Source: the human T2T-CHM13v2.0 reference genome, Homo sapiens
DNA: 64,000 nucleotides
Assembly (NCBI RefSeq): GCF_009914755.1
Contig: NC_060940.1
Strand: one strand, 5' to 3'
Shown here: positions 11,475-26,600 of the stretch, piece after piece
How positions within the stretch are numbered: the first letter of the stretch is position 1
Layout: the number at the start of each line of letters is the position of its first letter
Made by a program: the position numbers and the translations under genes
Notes under the pieces: generated by a model
What the model was told of the DNA's origin: nothing
Database searches by the model: none
The model's input: the letters and a program-made list of their open reading frames with translations, nothing else

Positions 11475-14400
11475 TTCCATTCGATGATGATTCCATTTGA
11501 GTTCATTCGATGATTCTATTCGATTCTCTTCGATGGTGATTCAATTCTATTATATTGGATGATTCCATTCGATTCCATTTGATGTTGATTCAATTCGATT
11601 CTATTCGATGATGATTCCATTGGATTTCACTTGATGATTCTATTCGATTCCATTCAATGATGATTCACTTCTCGTCCATTGGATGATTCCATTTCATTCC
11701 ATTCGATGATGATTCCATTCGATTCCATTCGATGATTCCATTTGATTCCATGCGACGGTGAGCAATTCGATTCAATTCCATGATGATTCTATTTGATTCA
11801 ATTAGATGATGTTTCCATTCGAATCCATTCCATGATTATTCCATTGGAATCCATTCGGCGATGATTCCATATGAGTCAATTCAATGATGATTCCATATGG
11901 GTCCGTTCGATGATAATTCCATTTGATTTCATTCGATGCTTCTATTCTATTCCAGTCGATGATGATTCCGTTGGAGTCCATACGATGATTCCATTTGATT
12001 TCATTTGATGATGATTCCATTCGATGATGATTACATTGGATTCCATTCTATGATTCCATTCAATTCCATTCGTTGATGATTCGATTCCATTCAATGATGA
12101 TTCCATTTGAGTTCATTCGATGATTCTATTCGATTCCGTTCGATGGTGATTCAATTCTATTATATTGGATGATTCCACTCGATTCCATTTGATGATTATT
12201 CCATTGGAGTCCACTTAGTGAATCCTTTAGATTCTACTCGACGATGATTCCATTCGAGTCCATTCGATGATACCATTCAATTCCATTCGTTGATGCTTCC
12301 ATTCAAGTGCATTCGATGATATCATTCGATTCCATTTGATGATAATTCCATTTGATTCCATGCGATGATTCTATTCGATTCCCTTCAATGATAATTCCAT
12401 TCAATTCAGTGATTCCTCTGGACTCCATTTGATGATGATTCCATTCAATGATTCCATTCGATTCTATTCGAAAATGATTCCATTTGAATCCATTTGATGA
12501 TGATTCCATTAGATTCCATTTGATGATTCCATTCGATTCCATTCGACGATGATTCCATTCGATTCCGTTTGATGATTCCATTCTATTCTATTCGATGATG
12601 ATTCCATTCGATTCCATTCGATGATGATTGGATTCGATTCCATTGGATGATTTCATTTGATTCCATTCGTTAATGATTTCGATCAATTCCATTCGATGAT
12701 TCCATTCGATTCCATTCGATAATGATTACATCCGAGTCCATTCGATGATTCCCTTTGAGCCTGTTCGATAATTCCATTTGAGTCCAACCAATGATTCCAT
12801 TCATTTCCATTCAATGATTCCATTCGAGTCCATTTGATCATTCCGGTAGGGTCCATTCGATGTTGATTCCATTGGAGTGCATTCGATGATTCCATTCGAG
12901 TCCATTTTAGGATTTGATTCGAGTCCTTTCGATGATTCCATTCGATTCCACTCGATGATGATTTCATTCGAGTCCATTCGACACTTCCAATCGATTCCAT
13001 TTGATGATTCCATTCGAGTCCAATTGATGATTCCATTCAATTCCATTCGATGATGATTCCGTACGATTCCATTCTGTGATGATTCCATGTGATTGCATTC
13101 AATGATGATTCCTTTCGATTGCATTCGATTATGATTCATTTCGTGTTCATTCTATGGTTCCACAGGTTTCCATTCGTGTCCATTCCATTATTCCATTCTA
13201 TTCCATTTGATGATGATTCCGTTCGATTCCATTCATTGGTGATTCCACTCAATTCCATTCAATGATTCCATTCCATTTCTTTCAACAATGATTCCATTAG
13301 TTTCTAATCGATGATCCACTTGATTCCATTTGACGACGATTCCATTCTTGTCCATTCGATGATTCCATTTGATTCCATATGATGATGATTCCATTCGATT
13401 CCATACCATGATGATTCCATTCGAGTCCATTCAATGGTGATTCCATTCAATTCCATTCGATGATTCCTTTTGATTCCATTCGATGATGATGGCATTCGAT
13501 TCCTTTCAATCATTCCCTTTGATTCCATTCAAAGGTGATTTCATTCAAGTCCATTCGATAATTGCATTCGATTCCATTCTATGATGATTCCATTCGAGTC
13601 CATTTGATGATTCCATTCAATTCAAGTCAATGATGATTCCATTCGATTCCATTCGATGATTCCATTGGATTCCATTCGATGATGATTCCATTCAAATCCA
13701 TTCGATAATTCAATTCAAGTCCATTCGATGATGATTCCAATCGAATCCATTCAAAGATTCCATTCAGTTCCATTCGATGATTCCCTTAGATTCCATTCGA
13801 TGATTCCACTTGATTGCATTTACGATGATTCCATTCGATTCCATGTGATGATTCCATTCAATTCTATTCAATGATGTCTCCATTTGATTCCATTCGACCA
13901 TGATTGCCTTTGATTCCATTCAATGATTCCATTCGGTTCCGTTTGATGATGATTCCGTTCGATTCCATTTGATGATTCCATTTGATTCCATTGGATGAGT
14001 CCATTCGATTACATTCGATGATTATTCCATTCGAGTGCATTAGATGATTCCATTCGAGTCCATTCGATGATTCCATTCGATTCCATTCGATGTTGATTCT
14101 GTTCAAATCCATTCGATGATTCCACTCGATTCCATTCGTTGACTCCATTTGATCCCATTCGATGATTTCCTTTGATTCCCTTTGATGATCATTCCATTTG
14201 ATTCAATTCGGTGATTTCATTTGATTCCATTCAGTGATGTTTCCATTCGACTCCATTCGATGATGATTCCATTCGACTCCATTCGATTATGATTTCATTC
14301 AATTCCATTCGATAATGATTCCCTTCGAGTCCATTCGATGATTCCATTCGATTCCATTCAACGATGATTTGATTCGTGTCCATTCGATGATTCCATTTGA

Positions 14401-17400
14401 TTCCACTTGATGATGATTCCATTCGAGTCCATTTGATGATTCCATTCAATTCCATACTCCGATGATTTCTTTTGAGCCCACTCAATGCTTCCACTCGATT
14501 CCATATGATGATGACTCCATTCGATGAAATTCGATGATGATTCCATTCGCTTGCTTTCGATGATGATTCCACTTGAGTCCGTTAGAAGATTCTATTCAAT
14601 TACATTCCATGACGATTCCGTTCGAGTCCATTTGATGATTCCATTAGACTCCATTCGACGATGATTCCATTCGATGTTATTCGATGATTCCATTCGATCT
14701 CATTCGATGATGATTCCATTCAACTCCATTCGATGTTTCCATTCGAGTTCATTCTATTATTCCATTAGATTCCATTCGATGATGATTCCATTCGATTCCA
14801 TTTGATGATTGCATTCTATTTCATTTGATGATGATTCCATTCGAGTCCACTCGATGATTCCATTCGAGTCCATTTAATGAATCCATTGGTTTCAATTCTA
14901 TGATGATTACATTGGATTCCATTCGTTGATGATTTCATTCGGTTCCATTCAATGATGATTCCATTCAATTCCTTTCAATGTTTCCATTCAATTCCATACG
15001 ATGATGATTCCATTTGATTTGATTCGACAGTGAGCCATTCGATTCAATTCCATGATGATTCTATTTGATTCAATTGGTTGACATTTCCATTCGATTCCAT
15101 TCGATGATGATTCCCTTTGATTCCGTTCAAAGATGATTCCATTCTAGCCCATTCAATCATTCCATTCGATTCTATTCAATGATGATTCCATTCATGTCGA
15201 TTTGGTGATTCCATTTGACTTCATTTGATGATGATTCCTTTCAAGTTCATTAGATGATTCCATTCGATTCCATTTGATGATGATCCCATTCGAGTCCATT
15301 CAGTGATTCCATTCGTTTCCATTCCATGATGATTCCATTCCTTTCCATTCAATGATTCCATTCGATTCCGTTTGATGATGATTTCATTCGAGTCCATTTG
15401 ATGATTCCATTTGATTCCATTCGATGATGATTCCATTCGAGTCCATTCGATGATTCTATTCGAATCCATTTGATGATTTCTTTTGATTATATTTGGTGAT
15501 GATTCCATTGGAGTCCATTCAATGATTCCATTCTATTCCAATCGATGATGATTCCATTAGAGCCCATTTAATGATTCCATTTGATTCCAGTCTCTGATGA
15601 TTACATTCGAGTCCATACGATGATTCCACTCAATTCCATATGATGATGATTCCATTTGATTCCATTCGGTGATTCCATTCTATTCTATTCAATGGTGATT
15701 CCATTCGAGTACATTAGATGATTCCATTCGATTCCATTCAATGATGATTCTATTTGTGTCCCTTAGATGATTCCACATGATTCCATTAGATGATGATACT
15801 ATTTGAGCCCATCCAATGATTCCCTTCGATTCCATTCGATGAGGATTCCATTCGATTCAATTCATTGGTGATTCTATTCAATTCAATTCTTTGATTCCAT
15901 TCCATTCCATTCGACAATGATTCCATTCGATTTCTTTCGATGATTCCACTCGATTCCACTTGACACTGATTCCATTCGATTCCATTCAATGATTCCATTT
16001 GATTCCAGTGGATGATGATTGCCATCGATTCCATTCGATCACTCCATTCTATTCCATTTGATGATGATTACATTCGATTCCATTTGATGATTCCATCTGA
16101 TTCTATTCGAGGATTCCATTTGATTCCATTCGATGATGATTCCATTCGAGTCCATTCGATGATTTCATTCGAGTACATCCAATGATTCCATTCGAGTCCA
16201 TTAGATGATTCCATTTGATTCCATTTGAAAATGATTCTACTAGAGTCCATTCAATGACTCCATTCGATTCCATTCAACAATTCCATTCGACTCCATTCGA
16301 TGATTCCATTCGATTCCATTTGATGGTTCCATTCGAGTCCATTTAATCATTACAGTCGAGTCCATTTGGTGATTCCACTGGATTTCTTTTGATAATGATA
16401 CCATTCAATTACATTTGATGATGATCCCATTCAATTTCATTTGATGATGATTCCATTAGAGTCCATTCGATGATTTCATTCGAGTCCCTTCATTGATTCC
16501 ATCCGATTTCATTGGATGATGACTCCATTCGAGTCCATTCGATGATTCCACTCGATTCCATTAGATGACTCCATTGGAGTCCATTTGATTGTTCCATTCG
16601 ATTCCATTCGATTCCTTTCGAAGATTATTCCATTTGAGTCCATTCGATGATGATTCCATTCCATTCCATTCGATGATTCCGTTTGATTCCATTCGATGAT
16701 TCCCTTCGATTCCTTTCTTTGATGATTCCATTCCATTCCATTCAATGATTCCATTCGAATCTATTCCATGATGATTCCTTTCGATTCCATTCGCTGATGT
16801 TTCCGTTCAATTCCATTCGATGATGATTCCATTCGATTCCATTCATTGAGGATTCCATTTGATTCCATTCAATGATGATTCCATTCTATTCCATTCAATG
16901 ATTGCATTCAATTCCATTCAATGATTATCCCCTTAGAGTAAACTCAACGATTCCATTCAATACCATTCGATGATGATTCCTTTTGAGTCCATTCAATGAT
17001 TTCATTCAAGTCCATTTGATGATTCCTTTCAATTCCATTCTATGATGATTCCATTCGAGTCCATTCGATGATTCCATTCGATTGCATTCGATGATTCCAT
17101 TATATTCCAGTCAACGATGATTCCATTCGAGTCCATTCGATGATTCCATTAGAGTACATTTAATGATTGCTTTGTTTTCAATTCGAAGATGATTACATTG
17201 GATTCCATTCTATGATACCATTCGATTCCATTCAATGATGATTCCACTCAAATCCATTGGATGATTCCATTCGTGTCCATTCGGTGATTTCATTAGATTC
17301 CATTCGAGGATGATTCCATTCGATTCCATTCGATGATTCCATTCAATTCCATTCGATGATGATTCCATTCCAGTCCATATGATCATTCCATTTGATTTCA

Positions 17401-17586
17401 TTCGATGATGATTCCATTCGATTCCATTCGATGATTCCATTCTATTCCATTCGATGATGATTCCATTCGAGTCCATTCGATGATTCCATTCGAGTCCATT
17501 TAATGATTCCATTGAGTTCAATTCAATGATGATTACATTGGATTCCGTTCTATGATTCCCTTCAATTCCGTTCATTGACAATTTGA
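11475..17586 (+). repeat. Macro-unit U3, 6112 bp (full-length type)
   Basis: Landmark 11802 to 17914 (+6112). Carries the 374-bp segment at 14951-15324. Confidence 0.92.
14951..15324 (+). repeat. 374-bp presence/absence segment of the macro-unit (present in U3, U4, U6, U7, U9, U10, U11; absent in U1, U2, U5, U8)
   Basis: U1 reads CATTCGGTTCCATTC|CATGATG. U3 reads CATTCGGTTCCATTC-[374 bp]-CATGATG. 6112 - 5738 = 374. Confidence 0.9.
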
Positions 17587-20500
17587 TTCCATTCGATGAT
17601 GATTCCATTTGAGTTCATTCTATGATTCTATTCGATTCTCTTCGATGGTGATTCAATTCTATTATATTGGATGATTCCATTCGATTCCATTTGATGTTGA
17701 TTCAATTCGATTCTATTCGATGATGATTCCATTGGATTTCACTTGATGATTCTATTCGATTCCATTCAATGATGATTCACTTCTCGTCCATTGGATGATT
17801 CCATTTCATTCCATTCGATGATGATTCCATTCGATTCCATTCGATGATTCCATTTGATTCCATGCGACGGTGAGCAATTCGATTCAATTCCATGATGATT
17901 CTATTTGATTCAATTAGATGATGTTTCCATTCGAATCCATTCCATGATTATTCCATTGGAATCCATTCGGCGATGATTCCATATGAGTCAATTCAATGAT
18001 GATTCCATATGGGTCCGTTCGATGATAATTCCATTTGATTTCATTCGATGCTTCTATTCTATTCCAGTCGATGATGATTCCGTTGGAGTCCATACGATGA
18101 TTCCATTTGATTTCATTTGATGATGATTCCATTCGATGATGATTACATTGGATTCCATTCTATGATTCCATTCAATTCCATTCGTTGATGATTCGATTCC
18201 ATTCAATGATGATTCCATTTGAGTTCATTCGATGATTCTATTCGATTCCGTTCGATGGTGATTCAATTCTATTATATTGGATGATTCCACTCGATTCCAT
18301 TTGATGATTATTCCATTGGAGTCCACTTAGTGAATCCTTTAGATTCTACTCGACGATGATTCCATTCGAGTCCATTCGATGATACCATTCAATTCCATTC
18401 GTTGATGCTTCCATTCAAGTGCATTCGATGATATCATTCGATTCCATTTGATGATAATTCCATTTGATTCCATGCGATGATTCTATTCGATTCCATTCAA
18501 TGATAATTCCATTCAATTCAGTGATTCCTCTGGACTCCATTTGATGATGATTCCATTCAATGATTCCATTCGATTCTATTCGAAAATGATTCCATTTGAA
18601 TCCATTTGATGATGATTCCATTAGATTCCATTTGATGATTCCATTCGATTCCATTCGACGATGATTCCATTCGATTCCGTTTGATGATTCCATTCTATTC
18701 TATTCGATGATGATTCCATTCGATTCCATTCGATGATGATTGGATTCGATTCCATTTGATGATTTCATTTGATTCCATTCGTTAATGATTTCGATCAATT
18801 CCATTCGATGATTCCATTCGATTCCATTCGATAATGATTACATCCGAGTCCATTCGATGATTCCCTTTGAGCCTGTTCGATAATTCCATTTGAGTCCAAC
18901 CAATGATTCCATTCATTTCCATTCAATGATTCCATTCGAGTCCATTTGATCATTCCGGTAGGGTCCATTCGATGTTGATTCCATTGGAGTGCATTCGATG
19001 ATTCCATTCGAGTCCATTTTAGGATTTGATTCGAGTCCTTTCGATGATTCCATTCGATTCCACTCGATGATGATTTCATTCGAGTCCATTCGACACGTCC
19101 AATCGATTCCATTTGATGATTCCATTCGAGTCCAATTGATGATTCCATTCAATTCCATTCGATGATGATTCCGTACGATTCCATTCTGTGATGATTCCAT
19201 GTGATTGCATTCAATGATGATTCCTTTCGATTGCATTCGATTATGATTCATTTCGTGTTCATTCTATGGTTCCACAGGTTTCCATTCGTGTCCATTCCAT
19301 TATTCCATTCTATTCCATTTGATGATGATTCCATTCGATTCCATTCATTGGTGATTCCACTCAATTCCATTCAATGATTCCATTCCATTTCTTTCAACAA
19401 TGATTCCATTAGTTTCTAATCGATGATCCACTTGATTCCATTTGACGACGATTCCATTCTTGTCAATTCGATGATTCCATTTGATTCCATATGATGATGA
19501 TTCCATTCGATTCCATACCATGATGATTCCATTCGAGTCCATTCAATGGTGATTCCATTCAATTCCATTCGATGATTCCTTTCGATTCCATTCGATGATG
19601 ATGGCATTCGATTCCTTTCAATCATTCCCTTTGATTCCATTCAAAGGTGATTTCATTCAAGTCCATTCGATAATTGCATTCGATTCCATTCTATGATGAT
19701 TCCATTCGAGTCCATTTGATGATTCCATTCAATTCAAGTCAATGATGATTCCATTCGATTCCATTCGATGATTCCATTGGATTCCATTCGATGATGATTC
19801 CATTCAAATCCATTCGATAATTCAATTCAAGTCCATTCGATGATGATTCCAATCGAATCCATTCAAAGATTCCATTCAGTTCCATTCGATGATTCCCTTA
19901 GATTCCATTCGATGATTCCACTTGATTGCATTTACGATGATTCCATTCGATTCCATGTGATGATGCCATTCAATTCTATTCAATGATGTCTCCATTTGAT
20001 TCCATTCGACCATGATTGCCTTTGATTCCATTCAATGATTCCATTCGGTTCCGTTTGATGATGATTCCGTTCGATTCCATTTGATGATTCCATTTGATTC
20101 CATTGGATGAGTCCATTCGATTACATTCGATGATTATTCCATTCGAGTGCATTAGATGATTCCATTCGAGTCCATTCGATGATTCCATTCGATTCCATTC
20201 GATGTTGATTCTGTTCAAATCCATTCGATGATTCCACTCGATTCCATTCGTTGACTCCATTTGATCCCATTCGATGATTTCCTTTGATTCCCTTTGATGA
20301 TCATTCCATTTGATTCAATTCGGTGATTTCATTTGATTCCATTCAGTGATGTTTCCATTCGACTCCATTCGATGATGATTCCATTCGACTCCATTCGATT
20401 ATGATTTCATTCAATTCCATTCGATAATGATTCCCTTCGAGTCCATTCGATGATTCCATTCGATTCCATTCAACGATGATTTGATTCGTGTCCATTCGAT

Positions 20501-23500
20501 GATTCCATTTGATTCCACTTGATGATGATTCCATTCGAGTCCATTTGATGATTCCATTCAATTCCATACTCCGATGATTTCTTTTGAGCCCACTCAATGC
20601 TTCCACTCGATTCCATATGATGATGACTCCATTCGATGAAATTCGATGATGATTCCATTCGCTTGCTTTCGATGATGATTCCACTTGAGTCCGTTAGAAG
20701 ATTCTATTCAATTACATTCCATGATGATTCCGTTCGAGTCCATTTGATGATTCCATTAGACTCCATTCGACGATGATTCCATTCGATGTTATTCGATGAT
20801 TCCATTCGATCTCATTCGATGATGATTCCATTCAACTCCATTCGATGTTTCCATTCGAGTTCATTCTATTATTCCATTAGATTCCATTCGATGATGATTC
20901 CATTCGATTCCATTTGATGATTGCATTCTATTTCATTTGATGATGATTCCATTCGAGTCCACTCGATGATTCCATTCGAGTCCATTTAATGAATCCATTG
21001 GTTTCAATTCTATGATGATTACATTGGATTCCATTCGTTGATGATTTCATTCGGTTCCATTCAATGATGATTCCATTCAATTCCTTTCAATGTTTCCATT
21101 CAATTCCATACGATGATGATTCCATTTGATTTGATTCGACAGTGAGCCATTCGATTCAATCCCATGATGATTCTATTTGATTCAATTGGTTGACATTTCC
21201 ATTCGATTCCATTCGATGATGATTCCCTTTGATTCCGTTCAAAGATGATTCCATTCTAGCCCATTCAATCATTCCATTCGATTCTATTCAATGATGATTC
21301 CATTCATGTCGATTTGGTGATTCCATTTGACTTCATTTGATGATGATTCCTTTCAAGTTCATTAGATGATTCCATTCGATTCCATTTGATGATGATCCCA
21401 TTCGAGTCCATTCAGTGATTCCATTCGTTTCCATTCCATGATGATTCCATTCCTTTCCATTCAATGATTCCATTCGATTCCGTTTGATGATGATTTCATT
21501 CGAGTCCATTTGATGATTCCATTTGATTCCATTCGATGATGATTCCATTCGAGTCCATTCGATGATTCTATTCGAATCCATTTGATGATTTCTTTTGATT
21601 ATATTTGGTGATGATTCCATTGGAGTCCATTCAATGATTCCATTCTATTCCAATCGATGATGATTCCATTAGAGTCCATTTAATGATTCCATTTGATTCC
21701 AGTCTCTGATGATTACATTCGAGTCCATACGATGATTCCACTCAATTCCATATGATGATGATTCCATTTGATTCCATTCGGTGATTCCATTCTATTCTAT
21801 TCAATGGTGATTCCATTCGAGTACATTAGATGATTCCATTCGATTCCATTCAATGATGATTCTATTTGTGTCCCTTAGATGATTCCACATGATTCCATTA
21901 GATGATGATACTATTTGAGCCCATCCAATGATTCCCTTCGTTTCCATTCGATGAGGATTCCATTCGATTCAATTCATTGGTGATTCTATTCAATTCAATT
22001 CTTTGATTCCATTCCATTCCATTCGACAATGATTCCATTCGATTTCTTTCGATGATTCCACTCGATTCCACTTGACATTGATTCCATTCGATTCCATTCA
22101 ATGATTCCATTTGATTCCAGTGGATGATGATTGCCATCGATTCCATTCGATCACTCCATTCTATTCCATTTGATGATGATTACATTCGATTCCATTTGAT
22201 GATTCCATCTGATTCTATTCGAGGATTCCATTTGATTCCATTCGATGATGATTCCATTCGAGTCCATTCGATGATTTCATTCGAGTACATCCAATGATTC
22301 CATTCGAGTCCATTTGATGATTCCATTTGATTCCATTTGAAAATGTTTCTACTAGAGTCCATTCAATGACTCCATTCGAGTCCATTCAACAATTCCATTC
22401 GACTCCATTCGATGATTCCATTCGATTCTATTTGATGGTTCCATTCGAGTCCATTTAATCATTACAGTCGAGTCCATTTGGTGATTCCACTGGATTTCTT
22501 TTGATAATGATACCATTCAATTACATTTGATGATGATCCCATTCAATTTCATTTGATGATGATTCCATTAGAGTCCATTCGATGATTTCATTCGAGTCCC
22601 TTCATTGATTCCATCCAATTTCATTGGATGATGACTCCATTCGAGTCCATTCGATGATTCCACTCGATTCCATTAGATGACTCCATTGGAGTCCATTTGA
22701 TTGTTCCATTCGATTCCATTCGATTCCTTTCGAAGATTATTCCATTTGAGTCCATTCGATGATGATTCCATTCCATTCCATTCGATGATTCCGTTTGATT
22801 CCATTCGATGATTCCCTTCGATTCCTTTCTTTGATGATTCCATTCCATTCCATTCAATGATTCCATTCGAATCTATTCCATGATGATTCCTTTCGATTCC
22901 ATTCGCTGATGTTTCCGTTCAATTCCATTCGATGATGATTCCATTCGATTCCATTCATTGAGGATTCCATTTGATTCCATTCAATGATGATTCCATTCTA
23001 TTCCATTCAATGATTGCATTCAATTCCATTCAATGATTATCCCATTAGAGTAAACTCAACGATTCCATTCAATACCATTCGATGATGATTCCTTTTGAGT
23101 CCATTCAATGATTTCATTCAAGTCCATTTGATGATTCCTTTCAATTACATTCTATGATGATTCCATTCGAGTCCATTCGATGATTCCATTCGATTGCATT
23201 CGATGATTCCATTATATTCCAGTCAACGATGATTCCATTCGAGTCCATTCGATGATTCCATTAGAGTACATTTAATGATTGCTTTGTTTTCAATTCGAAG
23301 ATGATTACATTGGATTCCATTCTATGATACCATTCGATTCCATTCAATGATGATTCCACTCAAATCCATTGGATGATTCCATTCGTGTCCATTCGGTGAT
23401 TTCATTAGATTCCATTCGAGGATGATTCCATTCGATTCCATTCGATGATTCCATTCAATTCCATTCGATGATGATTCCATTCCAGTCCATATGATCATTC

Positions 23501-23698
23501 CATTTGATTTCATTCGATGATGATTCCATTCAATTCGATTCGACGATTCCATTCTATTCCATTCGATGATGATTCCATTCGAGTCCATTCGATGACTCCA
23601 TTCGAGTCCATTTAATGATTCCATTGGGTTCAATTCAATGATGATTACATTGGATTCCGTTCTATGATTCCATTCAATTCCGTTCATTGACAATTTGA
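17587..23698 (+). repeat. Macro-unit U4, 6112 bp (full-length type)
   Basis: Landmark 17914 to 24026 (+6112). Carries the 374-bp segment (GACAGTGAGCC at ~21138). Confidence 0.92.
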
Positions 23699-26600
23699 TT
23701 CCATTCGATGATGATTCCATTTGAGTTCATTCGATGATTCTATTCGATTCTCTTCGATGGTGATTCAATTCTATTATATTGGATGATTCCATTCGATTCC
23801 ATTTGATGTTGATTCAATTCGATTCTATTCGATGATGATTCCATTGGATTTCACTTGATGATTCTATTCGATTCCATTCAATGATGATTCACTTCTCGTC
23901 CATTGGATGATTCCATTTCATTCCATTCGATGATGATTCCATTCGATTCCATTCGATGATTCCATTTGATTCCATGCGACGGTGAGCAATTCGATTCAAT
24001 TCCATGATGATTCTATTTGATTCAATTAGATGATGTTTCCATTCGAATCCATTCCATGATTATTCCATTGGAATCCATTCGGCGATGATTCCATATGAGT
24101 CAATTCAATGATGATTCCATATGGGTCCGTTCGATGATAATTCCATTTGATTTCATTCGATGCTTCTATTCTATTCCAGTCGATGATGATTCCGTTGGAG
24201 TCCATACGATGATTCCATTTGATTTCATTTGATGATGATTCCATTCGATGATGATTACATTGGATTCCATTCTATGATTCCATTCAATTCCATTCGTTGA
24301 TGATTCGATTCCATTCAATGATGATTCCATTTGAGTTCATTCGATGATTCTATTCGATTCCGTTCGATGGTGATTCAATTCTATTATATTGGATGATTCC
24401 ACTCGATTCCATTTGATGATTATTCCATTGGAGTCCACTTAGTGAATCCTTTAGATTCTACTCGACGATGATTCCATTCGAGTCCATTCGATGATACCAT
24501 TCAATTCCATTCGTTGATGCTTCCATTCAAGTGCATTCGATGATATCATTCGATTCCATTTGATGATAATTCCATTTGATTCCGTGCGATGATTCTATTC
24601 GATTCCATTCAATGATAATTCCATTCAATTCAGTGATTCCTCTGGACTCCATTTGATGATGATTCCATTCAATGATTCCATTCGATTCTATTCGAAAATG
24701 ATTCCATTTGAATCCATTTGATGATGATTCCATTAGATTCCATTTGATGATTCCATTCGATTCCATTCGACGATGATTCCATTCGATTCCGTTTGATGAT
24801 TCCATTCTATTCTATTCGATGATGATTCCATTCGATTCCATTCGATGATGATTGGATTCGATTCCATTTGATGATTTCATTTGATTCCATTCGTTAATGA
24901 TTTCGATCAATTCCATTCGATGATTCCATTCGATTCCATTCGATAATGATTACATCCGAGTCCATTCGATGATTCCCTTTGAGCCTGTTCGATAATTCCA
25001 TTTGAGTCCAACCAATGATTCCATTCATTTCCATTCAATGATTCCATTCGAGTCCATTTGATCATTCCGGTAGGGTCCATTCGATGTTGATTCCATTGGA
25101 GTGCATTCGATGATTCCATTCGAGTCCATTTTAGGATTTGATTCGAGTCCTTTCGATGATTCCATTCGATTCCACTCGATGATGATTTCATTCGAGTCCA
25201 TTCGACACTTCCAATCGATTCCATTTGATGATTCCATTCGAGTCCAATTGATGATTCCATTCAATTCCATTCGATGATGATTCCGTACGATTCCATTCTG
25301 TGATGATTCCATGTGATTGCATTCAATGATGATTCCTTTCGATTGCATTCGATTATGATTCATTTCGTGTTCATTCTATGGTTCCACAGGTTTCCATTCG
25401 TGTCCATTCCATTATTCCATTCTATTCCATTTGATGATGATTCCATTCGATTCCATTCATTGGTGATTCCACTCAATTCCATTCAATGATTCCATTCCAT
25501 TTCTTTCAACAATGATTCCATTAGTTTCTAATCGATGATCCACTTGATTCCATTTGACGACGATTCCATTCTTGTCCATTCGATGATTCCATTTGATTCC
25601 ATATGATGATGATTCCATTCGATTCCATACCATGATGATTCCATTCGAGTCCATTCAATGGTGATTCCATTCAATTCCATTCGATGATTCCTTTTGATTC
25701 CATTCGATGATGATGGCATTCGATTCCTTTCAATCATTCCCTTTGATTCCATTCAAAGGTGATTTCATTCAAGTCCATTCGATAATTGCATTCGATTCCA
25801 TTCTATGATGATTCCATTCGAGTCCATTTGATGATTCCATTCAATTCAAGTCAATGATGATTCCATTCGATTCCATTCGATGATTCCATTGGATTCCATT
25901 CGATGATGATTCCATTCAAATCCATTCGATAATTCAATTCAAGTCCATTCGATGATGATTCCAATCGAATCCATTCAAAGATTCCATTCAGTTCCATTCG
26001 ATGATTCCCTTAGATTCCATTCGATGATTCCACTTGATTGCATTTACGATGATTCCATTCGATTCCATGTGATGATTCCATTCAATTCTATTCAATGATG
26101 TCTCCATTTGATTCCATTCGACCATGATTGCCTTTGATTCCATTCAATGATTCCATTCGGTTCCGTTTGATGATGATTCCGTTCGATTCCATTTGATGAT
26201 TCCATTTGATTCCATTGGATGAGTCCATTCGATTACATTCGATGATTATTCCATTCGAGTGCATTAGATGATTCCATTCGAGTCCATTCGATGATTCCAT
26301 TCGATTCCATTCGATGTTGATTCTGTTCAAATCCATTCGATGATTCCACTCGATTCCATTCGTTGACTCCATTTGATCCCATTCGATGATTTCCTTTGAT
26401 TCCCTTTGATGATCATTCCATTTGATTCAATTCGGTGATTTCATTTGATTCCATTCAGTGATGTTTCCATTCGACTCCATTCGATGATGATTCCATTCGA
26501 CTCCATTCGATTATGATTTCATTCAATTCCATTCGATAATGATTCCCTTCGAGTCCATTCGATGATTCCATTCGATTCCATTCAACGATGATTTGATTCG

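Noticed and set aside
14951-15324. 374-bp segment as a mobile element with a target-site duplication
   Set aside because: The segment is itself HSat2 sequence with no terminal repeats, poly-A or coding capacity. The flanking TTCCATTC is ubiquitous satellite microhomology.
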